Positions 45,017 through 53,442 of a stretch of 64,000 bases of DNA are shown in pieces. This DNA comes from Klebsiella phage KpLz-2_45. The stretch is taken from the sequence record MN871446.1; one strand, written 5' to 3'. Below the pieces are notes generated by a model, which ran no database searches, was not told where the DNA came from, and saw only the letters and a program-made list of their open reading frames with translations. How positions within the stretch are numbered: position 1 is the stretch's first letter; each line of letters starts with the position of its first letter. Both the position numbers and the translations under genes were made by a program.

Positions 45017-45371
45017 TTTTATTTACCGCCATCAGCTGAATTTGAGAAAAACGCACTTGGTTAAAAGACATCACCAGTCGATCAGATTGACGTTTCGCTA
45101 AGAAAGCTTCGCAACGTAACATCAAACGAAACGCCTGACTGCGAGTTAGCTTCCAGTAGTGACGATTGCCTAACCAGATCTGAAGAAGACCGTCGTCAAT
45201 ATCGATGACACGGACCAGAATATCTTCGCCCTGATTTTCTTCAAGGTCAGCGGCGATAGTCGCCCGGAGCTTTTTGGCGTAGTGACGACTAAGAACCATC
45301 TTAGGGACAATAGTATTTTCTTTTTCTTTCGCTGAGTCCCATTGTTTGGCAACGTTCTGAGTAAAGTTCAT
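45006..45371 (-). CDS. Small hypothetical protein, tandem paralog B
   Basis: Same 121-aa length and a shared C-terminal motif with the preceding gene. Confidence 0.45.
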   Translation of the reverse strand: MNFTQNVAKQWDSAKEKENTIVPKMVLSRHYAKKLRATIAADLEENQGEDILVRVIDIDDGLLQIWLGNRHYWKLTRSQAFRLMLRCEAFLAKRQSDRLVMSFNQVRFSQIQLMAVNKNGR

Positions 45372-45439
45372 TTTGAATTCCTTATTGGTTTAGTTAGCAT
45401 AGTCCTTCGGTCAAACGACCGAAGGAAGTGTAAATAGGA

Positions 45440-45829
45440 TTAAGCGGCTTCAGCCATTTTGATACGAATTTCTGAAGGGAAATCGAAACCAACTTCTTTC
45501 CCTGGGCGCAATGCTTCCTGACGAGAAGCAACTTCGATGCGAACGTTTTTACGAATCTGAATACCAAAGCCCAGATCGGTTTTGTAACATTCGATGTCAC
45601 GGTATTTATCGTTGGTGTTTTCAATGGCGTTCAGTAACAGCCATTTGATATCACCTTTACGGTCGAAGGCAATGTCTTGCAGCTGCGCATAAAGCGGGTA
45701 GTATTCGGTTTCGAAAAGAATCTGTGCCGGAGTATCGACGAATTCAGTTTCGTGGTAAAGCGCTCTCAGTAAACCGGCGATGCGAGCAGCGGTGATAGCG
45801 AGGGTTTGTTTATCAGTGAAAGTGATCAT
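45440..45829 (-). CDS. Hypothetical protein
   Basis: ORF. Confidence 0.45.
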   Translation of the reverse strand: MITFTDKQTLAITAARIAGLLRALYHETEFVDTPAQILFETEYYPLYAQLQDIAFDRKGDIKWLLLNAIENTNDKYRDIECYKTDLGFGIQIRKNVRIEVASRQEALRPGKEVGFDFPSEIRIKMAEAA

Positions 45830-45870
45830 TTTTGGATACTCCGGTAGAATTGTTGAGGTAAAAGAATGTC

Positions 45871-46191
45871 TTAGGAAATGTTTTTAACTAACCGTTTGAA
45901 GACGCCCGCATCGATAGTGAAGCAAACGATGCTCGCGGGTTCGACGTAATGATTGGTCAGCGTGAAGATGTAGTCGTCGTAGGTTTGCAGTATCTTCAAT
46001 GCCGCCTCGTAGACGCTATGGTCTGCTTTACGAACTAATACAACGGTGTTGTACGAATCCCCGGGCAGGAGAAGGCGATCGCCCAGCGCGTTGGCGTCAT
46101 CGTGGGAAAAGATCAGCTCGATACTGCGGACGTCGTTTGATTCGATATCGTTCTCGAGAAAGACCACGGAGTTCATTTTTGAAAAGCGCAT
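45871..46191 (-). CDS. Hypothetical protein
   Basis: ORF. Confidence 0.4.
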   Translation of the reverse strand: MRFSKMNSVVFLENDIESNDVRSIELIFSHDDANALGDRLLLPGDSYNTVVLVRKADHSVYEAALKILQTYDDYIFTLTNHYVEPASIVCFTIDAGVFKRLVKNIS

Positions 46192-46200
46192 GTTTAACCT

Positions 46201-46878
46201 CTATTGGTTGAAAACGGAAATGAAGCGACTTACAACGCGAATACGACCTTTACCCGGACCACGTTTAATTGGGCTCGACAGCGTGAGACGATATGCTTTT
46301 ATTACATCGCCATCAAAATCTACAAAGCCAGGGGCGCTAGGTCCTTTATTTGCATAAAGACCAATGACCGGACTACCAGAAATACCATAACCATTACTTG
46401 GCTCCGTAGAAAACATAGAGTGGTTGGTGGTTTGCTCCGAAAGTCGGAGTAATGCTGCGACATCTTTATCGTTGATTGTGTCAGCGTCTTCAAAAACAAC
46501 GACTTTAGAATTATCGGGTGTGCCGTAGATATCTACCTGAGGAGTATCTTCGAGACGAACTACTTCAAACGGTTCTTCTGAAAGCGTAATAATTTCTTTC
46601 AATCCATCAATGATCGAAGACGCCGCAATAAGGGTTAACTCTTCCCCAGATGGTGTTGAATCACGAATAGAACCTCGCGTTGTTGATACAGAAATTAGCA
46701 TCCTTCTCACTGCGCTATTCATTATAAACACTTCGGTTAACGGTAGGTTGTAGAACACCTCTGCGCGCTGAATCAACTGGTAAGCAATTTCAATCCGGGA
46801 AATTTCCGTGTCCTTTACAGTGTCAAACCATGCCAGAATATCTTTAGCCGTTTCTACGGTTGTTTTTAAGTCAGTCAT
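46201..46878 (-). CDS. Hypothetical protein
   Basis: ORF. Confidence 0.45.
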   Translation of the reverse strand: MTDLKTTVETAKDILAWFDTVKDTEISRIEIAYQLIQRAEVFYNLPLTEVFIMNSAVRRMLISVSTTRGSIRDSTPSGEELTLIAASSIIDGLKEIITLSEEPFEVVRLEDTPQVDIYGTPDNSKVVVFEDADTINDKDVAALLRLSEQTTNHSMFSTEPSNGYGISGSPVIGLYANKGPSAPGFVDFDGDVIKAYRLTLSSPIKRGPGKGRIRVVSRFISVFNQ

Positions 46879-46985
46879 TTTCTTTTCCTCTAAGCTTAGT
46901 TATTCAGAAAGGTCTTTCCTTTCCTTCTTCACCTTGGCTATATATACATCAAAAAAACTGCATTTCATTCTCTTAGAAAGTTTTT

Positions 46986-48272
46986 ATGTTACCCATTCTA
47001 ATTTTGAAGGACACTGTTGTGGAAATCAAAAACCTTTTTGACGATCGTTTTAAGAACGTCGTTTACGATAGTCGCTTTGCCAGGGATGTCGCTGTTTTCA
47101 CGAAGACCTTCGAAAACAAAGGCGAACATGCAAACTTCTTTGGTAGCGGTCTACTCGGCACCGTCAGGATTCGTTGGACAAACACCGAAACCAACGGGTT
47201 CTTTGATGACATTTTAAAAATCGACCCCGATGACCTGAAAGCTGACATCGACGAACTGGATTGCATCGATCCAAGTCATATCGTGACTACGGACGCCTTT
47301 AACTTGATGATCGTCTACTGCGTCCATCGTGCGATGACCAGTGGTAAACTCTCAGCGGTACAACGAAAAGAAACCGCGATTAACCTGTTAAGAATTCTCC
47401 ACTTTAAATTCATCTGCGGGATCATCACCCGTTACTTCCCGCATGGAACAGACGTACAGATCGCACTGCGGACGTATGAGGCCATGACTAACCGCTTCGA
47501 CCTCAAGATCTACAAGACTTGGGGCAAACTCATTACGGCCCGCGCACAGTCAATTATTGAGCCTCACGGCATCCACGCGAAAACGATCCAGACCTTCACT
47601 GACGACGACGCTGTCAAGTACATGCTCTCGGATATCCAGACCCGTATTCGAACCGTGATCAAAACGTTAACGGCGCTCTATTACCAGGTCAGAGAAAACG
47701 ATGGTCGAGTTATCTCGGTCTCCAGTATGGTTGAGGTCGAGGGTAACCTCGAGCTGCGAGACGTTAAACGTGCCTTCCCGAAATACCGGCGTTACCTCTT
47801 TGAACAAATGACTGACCCGGCTAGTTTTATACGTTTGGAGTTAGTGGATATTCTGACAAAGAATGCCCCTTCGCAGAAAAAAGCGTTAATTGCCACGTTG
47901 CAATATACCAGCTTGCATGTCATTAACCCGGAAACGTTATTTAACACCAACCGTGGGAAAGAAGTTAAGCAGAGTAAAGAAACGCGTCAATTGGTTGAGT
48001 TTACGGAAAGAACGCTCGAATATACTTTCGACTTTATTCACGGTAAGGGAATCAACCCACGCAACCTCGTCGAGTTAATCGGCAGCATCAAAGCGGTATT
48101 GAACGCCTCCCGTAACAAAGAACCGGAGGTCATGTACCTCAGAACCGAAGGCGATAAGATTGTGCGTGCAGCCACCGGTAAACGCGAACCTACGCCAGTC
48201 TCTGCGGAACGAACATCGTTTATTCTGTATTTGATTCTGCGTACCCTGACAATGAACTACTACCAAAATTAA
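46986..48272 (+). CDS. Hypothetical protein (plus strand, 428 aa)
   Basis: ORF followed by a bidirectional terminator. Confidence 0.5.
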   Translation: MLPILILKDTVVEIKNLFDDRFKNVVYDSRFARDVAVFTKTFENKGEHANFFGSGLLGTVRIRWTNTETNGFFDDILKIDPDDLKADIDELDCIDPSHIVTTDAFNLMIVYCVHRAMTSGKLSAVQRKETAINLLRILHFKFICGIITRYFPHGTDVQIALRTYEAMTNRFDLKIYKTWGKLITARAQSIIEPHGIHAKTIQTFTDDDAVKYMLSDIQTRIRTVIKTLTALYYQVRENDGRVISVSSMVEVEGNLELRDVKRAFPKYRRYLFEQMTDPASFIRLELVDILTKNAPSQKKALIATLQYTSLHVINPETLFNTNRGKEVKQSKETRQLVEFTERTLEYTFDFIHGKGINPRNLVELIGSIKAVLNASRNKEPEVMYLRTEGDKIVRAATGKREPTPVSAERTSFILYLILRTLTMNYYQN

Positions 48273-48313
48273 ACCAAAAAAAAAGAGAGGGGTAACCCTC
48301 TCTTTTTATATTT
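48272..48313. terminator. Bidirectional terminator between convergent genes
   Basis: Stem aagagaggg/ccctctctt flanked by A9 and T5. Confidence 0.7.
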
Positions 48314-48316
48314 TCG

Positions 48317-49363
48317 TTATAACCCGATTTGTTTCGCCAGTCGGCAATAACCACGATAGAATGCGTCGATCAGAAGATTCTCCAGAAGCGGAATGGAAGC
48401 GATACTCTGTCCAAAGACGTTGTAGTTCCAGGTGACGTGTTTGCGTACCGCACAGGTGTTCTCGGGTCGTGGGCCTTTCACCATATAGGCAATATCACCT
48501 ACGCTGGAAGTTAACACCCAACGCCCCTGATCTTCCCGGTATTCGACGTCCGTGATAAAGCGATCGGTTTTAAACTCTTCTTCGCTCAACGGTGAACCGA
48601 TGATATCTTCCACTGCTTTTCGCATGTAAGAATCAATCAGCGGGATTTTCTCGACGTTTCCGTCGATATGGTAACCAAACCCCTTACCGAGTATTGACCC
48701 TACGTAGAAGCCTTCACAGGTGTCTTTATCGTTGGATCGATTAATCAGCTTTAGAACAAGGTCGGTTGTGCTGTCAAAGAACAGGGCAACGTTCGGGAGA
48801 AACTGGTATTCACCGCGGCGTTGACAAACCACTTTGTGCGCCCAGCTTAATTCGAAGTGTTCCCGCATGTACAGGATAAAATCTTCACCCAGTTGTTTCT
48901 GCCAGGTACGGCCGTAAAAGTCACCGGTCCACGTACTCTTGTCGTCGGCCATGGTTCCGACTGCGATCGGGCGACCATTCATCAACAACGTCCGCTGCAT
49001 GACATGAATTTTAAAACGACAGTTGAGCATAAACCGTGCTCGCGCTTTCTGACCAATAAACCCTTGGAAAGCGTGTTGGATCGCCAGGAAACTAAACGGG
49101 CTTTTCGTTTCCTGAGTGAAATGATACCGCGTAGTATCGCCGCCTTCGGTAACGAAGACAAGGTGTTTCATTTCTAAGGTAGGGTTAGTGCTAAACCGTA
49201 AAACAATATTGTCGTCCTTGTCCGTAAAGATAAATCCGTTTTCGTTACGATAACCAAAAAGACGATCTTTTTTACTGATCTCCAAAACCCCTTCGTAGTG
49301 AAAATCAGTCCCTGTTTTCTTATCGTAAACGGTACTGTAAACAAACGTTTCTATCGTTGCCAT
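48317..49363 (-). CDS. Hypothetical protein (348 aa), located downstream of the terminase
   Basis: ORF with an AAGGAG RBS. Confidence 0.5.
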   Translation of the reverse strand: MATIETFVYSTVYDKKTGTDFHYEGVLEISKKDRLFGYRNENGFIFTDKDDNIVLRFSTNPTLEMKHLVFVTEGGDTTRYHFTQETKSPFSFLAIQHAFQGFIGQKARARFMLNCRFKIHVMQRTLLMNGRPIAVGTMADDKSTWTGDFYGRTWQKQLGEDFILYMREHFELSWAHKVVCQRRGEYQFLPNVALFFDSTTDLVLKLINRSNDKDTCEGFYVGSILGKGFGYHIDGNVEKIPLIDSYMRKAVEDIIGSPLSEEEFKTDRFITDVEYREDQGRWVLTSSVGDIAYMVKGPRPENTCAVRKHVTWNYNVFGQSIASIPLLENLLIDAFYRGYCRLAKQIGL

Positions 49364-49382
49364 GTCGATCTCCTTTTAGTGT

Positions 49383-49421
49383 GGATAATAAAAAGAATGT
49401 CAGCAATAACGCCGACATTCT
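49383..49421 (-). terminator. Hairpin with T-tract downstream of terL
   Basis: Stem agaatgtc/gacattct with an extended loop, then a T-rich run on the minus strand. Confidence 0.45.
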
Positions 49422-49432
49422 GTTGCGTATTT

Positions 49433-49450
49433 CAATAGAGTGATATATTC
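49433..49450 (-). promoter_or_regulatory. Conserved intergenic motif copy
   Basis: caatagagtgatatattc, between the terL stop and the downstream hairpin. Confidence 0.45.
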
Positions 49451-49465
49451 GTCTATTGTTTTCGA

Positions 49466-51658
49466 TTACCTATAGAAATTCGTCCCCATGTATTTTTGGA
49501 AGTCAGCGTGACGATTAGCGTTCATCTCCTCGATCTTACCTGCCACGTTAATCGGCTCTGCACCCGCCTCTTGTAAACACTCGTTAAGGTAATTGAGACG
49601 TCGTTCAAGCTTCATACTGATAATTGGATTATCGGCATTTTCGATGGCTGACAATGTCTTTTCAATTTCACGGTGGAGGAAATCAATCTCTTCCTGCTGC
49701 TCGTCAATTTCCTGCGCATTCCCTGCCAACGCATCTACTGCCCCCGTCAATACCCTTCTGGAATCTAACCCGTAATAGTCTAAGTTCGACCCGTACAATA
49801 ACAGATAGACGGTCAGAAGGTAGGCGATAACGGTATCGTCATGTCCACCCGGTGGATGGTCAATTCTTCCGTTCTTCTCGACCAACCCGGTCAATTCCGC
49901 AATGAGAATTTTATCATGAAGTCGTGTAGCCCCTTTCTGCATGGCGATCTTCAAAACGGTTTCGTAAAGCTGACGTCGGGTGGTGGTTCCCGTGCAGAAA
50001 CCAAACTTCGTTTTACGACGAATATAGAATGCGTCATCACGACGGTTCATGTCACCCTGCAGCTCAAGGAACGCCGCGGTGTCCACTGACTTATTATCGA
50101 CAATTAAGTTAAAGATTCGTTTGAACGGATCAATTCCCTTGCTGTGCAATATCAGACAGAGGTAATCAATAAACGTTTGTCCGGTGGATTTACGTTCTGG
50201 GATGAAGACAGCCTTAGGATAAGAAATTAACAGATCACCTAAGAACTCAGCGTATTTAGGAATCAGTGCTTCGTTGATTACTGAAATCCCGATAACGTCC
50301 GCAGTATAAGGATCAAGGAACACCAACGACAGCGCATCTCGTCCACCGCCTTCTGAGGTATCGGCCCCAATGACAAAGGTCATTGTCTTACGATTTGCAT
50401 CCAGATATTCTTTGGAGACATACCAGTGGACAATGTAACCGTTCCTGAAGATTTCGGAATAATCGGAATAACGCTGTGAGGCAATGGCTTTCGCTAACAA
50501 CTCTTTATCAATTGGGTTGTTCGTCCCTGCTGCGGTCCAGATGTTAAAGAAGTCACGGTCTGCTTCTGGACCACGTGCCATAGCACGACGCATGTTCTCG
50601 TAATGCTGTTCGTCAGAGACCCCAACCTGGTTGTGACTCCACGTTCCGTTGATTAAGAGTTTCGCATCAGAGGATTTCAGATTGCGCTGAACGATCTCAC
50701 GAAGTTCTTCTTGACTCCCTGCGTCGTAAAAGTGCTCAGACCACCGAGCAGCTTCGTTCCACATTTTGAAAACAAAGCGACCATCACGAGACGTTTGGTC
50801 ACCCGCGGTAGTGGTCATGATACTGCCCCAGGGCATGTTTCTCGCTTTCGCTTTTTGAATCGCGGCGTTCATACCGGGCATTGCTGCTTTAAACGCAATT
50901 TCGATATAGTTGATGAAGGGGGTTTCATCCCAGCCTACCGTAGGCGAGGTGTTACCACGGCCAACTTTATTCGCACCACCTGGGTCAGAACGAGATACTG
51001 CTACCGCAAACAAGTTACCACGGGTGTTATAGGTCACCTTCTCGTTAGCAATCGTGTCTGAACGGTCTGTTACTGTCAGATAAGGTGGTAAGTATTCACG
51101 GATACGACGTATCATCGTGGTTGTTTCAGAACGTAATTCGTCTGATTTGGTCACGAGTGAGATACGGGCCTTTGTATATCGCATATACAGCAGCCAGGAG
51201 TAAAGACAATAAGAGATAAGTGACTTACCAGTCTGACGGGGTTGTATCAACAGGTAATCGATATGGTTCATGTACGACCAGATCAAAGACATGTTCGCGC
51301 GGTTTGCTCTTAAAAGATCACCTTCTTCACCGACAACCGGCGGAACGCGAAGACACTCTCTGAGATAATACCAGATGTTATATTCCGCTTCGATCTTAAT
51401 TGCGATCATCTGTTCTTCAGTCAGATCGGGACTGAAAGGATCGACACCGACAAGGTCCGGGTTTAAAAGTGCAATCGGCCAGTGGTGGTTTTTAATTCCC
51501 ATGTTTTGTAAGACACCGACAAAACGTAGGAATTCTTTGTTTGGTGTATCCCAATCCGGGATAGCAGAGGGATGATAATCCCAATCGCTAAGGTGGAGAA
51601 TAGGACGCGAATCATTCTCTAGAATAATGGAGGAGGTCATAGAGTTTCCCTCTGACAA
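49466..51658 (-). CDS. terL: Terminase large subunit
   Basis: ATPase P-loop LIQPRQTGKSL. C-terminal RNaseH-like nuclease region VIGADTSEGGGRDALSLVFLD ... PGGHDDTVIA. The 730-aa size is typical of jumbo-phage TerL. Confidence 0.8.
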   Translation of the reverse strand: MSEGNSMTSSIILENDSRPILHLSDWDYHPSAIPDWDTPNKEFLRFVGVLQNMGIKNHHWPIALLNPDLVGVDPFSPDLTEEQMIAIKIEAEYNIWYYLRECLRVPPVVGEEGDLLRANRANMSLIWSYMNHIDYLLIQPRQTGKSLISYCLYSWLLYMRYTKARISLVTKSDELRSETTTMIRRIREYLPPYLTVTDRSDTIANEKVTYNTRGNLFAVAVSRSDPGGANKVGRGNTSPTVGWDETPFINYIEIAFKAAMPGMNAAIQKAKARNMPWGSIMTTTAGDQTSRDGRFVFKMWNEAARWSEHFYDAGSQEELREIVQRNLKSSDAKLLINGTWSHNQVGVSDEQHYENMRRAMARGPEADRDFFNIWTAAGTNNPIDKELLAKAIASQRYSDYSEIFRNGYIVHWYVSKEYLDANRKTMTFVIGADTSEGGGRDALSLVFLDPYTADVIGISVINEALIPKYAEFLGDLLISYPKAVFIPERKSTGQTFIDYLCLILHSKGIDPFKRIFNLIVDNKSVDTAAFLELQGDMNRRDDAFYIRRKTKFGFCTGTTTRRQLYETVLKIAMQKGATRLHDKILIAELTGLVEKNGRIDHPPGGHDDTVIAYLLTVYLLLYGSNLDYYGLDSRRVLTGAVDALAGNAQEIDEQQEEIDFLHREIEKTLSAIENADNPIISMKLERRLNYLNECLQEAGAEPINVAGKIEEMNANRHADFQKYMGTNFYR

Positions 51659-51731
51659 CGAAAAGACAATATCATAGGGAATATAGCGGTACAGGAGGCC
51701 ATTAAGCCTCCTGTACCAAGGGTTTGTACTT

Positions 51732-53441
51732 TTAACTCAGTGTTTGACGTATGATCAAACCGGAAGACGCGAGTTGTAAATCCACCCCGTTCACTGAACG
51801 TACCCAATGAACGAGCGCCAATTCACCTACGTGCCCACCAGTTGCAATGGTAAACGTCGTGTTCCAGGCAGAGATCGGTTGTCTGACTCGAATGTTATCC
51901 ACCTGAAGAATGAAGTGCGTCGGCATCGGCGCTTCCGTTTCTGTCTCAGTGTCAAACAACGGGTGAAGACGGTAGTATAACCGATCCAACCATTCGTTCT
52001 GTGTCTGGGCTCCCATGGTAAGGTCAGTCGACCAAACCTGAGACGAAATGTATTTCAGACGACATTCTAACGATCCGCCGTAGTCTTCGTCACCCAGTTC
52101 GTAGTTGACGTACCACGGACTATCAACGCCCGATTCACCATTGGCCATCAGGGTGATGTCGTTGCTCTGTACATGTCGATAGGAGCCAAACGAAGCAGAG
52201 ACTTTGGAAATATCAAGCGCAAAGATCATGTGCTGTTTGGTGTTGTAAAGCGTAGGGTCCCAAACCGCCGAACCCGGCGACGCTTCGATGATATCGGTCA
52301 CTTCGTACATCGCCAGACGATCGAGCGAATACATAAAGTGACGGAGCTTAAACCCGTTACCGTTCCGCTGCCATTCCGGGAACATGAAGAGCTTAACCGC
52401 ATAGGCATTCGGTAAAGTTACAGTTTCGATCGTATAGGGAACCGTGATCGTTCCAGAAGCTGTCGTTGTCCCTTTAAAGCTCTCTGTCGTGTCGAGCTGA
52501 TAGAAAAGCGTCAGTGGGCTGTTTTGACCCGATTGCGTCGGGATAAACTCCGCTAAACCAGACAGGTAGATCTTACTGCCGTCCACCGGTTTAATGACCG
52601 AGCTGCCATCAGTGTACGTTACCTTCGCGCTGACATCGATGGAGGTCATCAGAAGATTGACCGGAACATTCAGGCGGTTAGGGTCGGTTGCCGACAGGTA
52701 ACTGCTGACCAAGGCGACCGAGTCAATAGAACGTTTCGCTGAATTCGATTGACGAATAATACCAGAGTCAACAACGGTCATTGTGAAACGGGACGTCGGC
52801 AACCCCGCAGCGTCGTAGAACACCACCAGGACTGTCTCACCGTTGGTGATTTTACGCGTAGCGTTGGCAGTCACGGGAATACGGTAATTACCGGTTCCAT
52901 CCCCTTCGATTGTCATCAGAGGGATTTTATCGCTTTCGAGTTCACCGGACTGATTGTAATACGCTGAAAGCACTTCGAGGTTACCAGTACTGGACATGTT
53001 AGAGAAAACTCGCACGTAAGTCGCAGTAGGTTGATAGGCTCTCATTAAACTGTCGAATGCCATCTCCGGTGGTGAAACGGTATTGTCGACATAAACGAAA
53101 TAGCCAGGTTGCGGGTAACGGCTACCGACTCCCAGCAGAATATCGATGGAGTTATCAATCGTAGTAGGAACGTTGTACGCAATCCACTTAGAAAGTAATG
53201 TTGAGGTATCGACTTCGGTAACAATATAGAGACCTGAAGTTTTGTCGAAGATACGGTTACCAACATTCGGCACAAACCGGCCTTTGTTACCGCTACCAAT
53301 CCCTGCTGGTCCGACATAGATCTCGGACATGTCCCATTCTTTCCATAATCCATTCGGGTTCCAAATGGGGACGTCAGACGGCGTACTGTCCGTTAACGCT
53401 AATGCGTAACGCACCCCACTACTCGTGGTCGATGTGGTCAT
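51732..53441 (-). CDS. Probable virion structural protein (569 aa)
   Basis: Large Ser/Thr/Gly-rich ORF between terminase and sheath; function not assignable. Confidence 0.4.
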   Translation of the reverse strand: MTTSTTSSGVRYALALTDSTPSDVPIWNPNGLWKEWDMSEIYVGPAGIGSGNKGRFVPNVGNRIFDKTSGLYIVTEVDTSTLLSKWIAYNVPTTIDNSIDILLGVGSRYPQPGYFVYVDNTVSPPEMAFDSLMRAYQPTATYVRVFSNMSSTGNLEVLSAYYNQSGELESDKIPLMTIEGDGTGNYRIPVTANATRKITNGETVLVVFYDAAGLPTSRFTMTVVDSGIIRQSNSAKRSIDSVALVSSYLSATDPNRLNVPVNLLMTSIDVSAKVTYTDGSSVIKPVDGSKIYLSGLAEFIPTQSGQNSPLTLFYQLDTTESFKGTTTASGTITVPYTIETVTLPNAYAVKLFMFPEWQRNGNGFKLRHFMYSLDRLAMYEVTDIIEASPGSAVWDPTLYNTKQHMIFALDISKVSASFGSYRHVQSNDITLMANGESGVDSPWYVNYELGDEDYGGSLECRLKYISSQVWSTDLTMGAQTQNEWLDRLYYRLHPLFDTETETEAPMPTHFILQVDNIRVRQPISAWNTTFTIATGGHVGELALVHWVRSVNGVDLQLASSGLIIRQTLS

Positions 53442-53442
53442 T

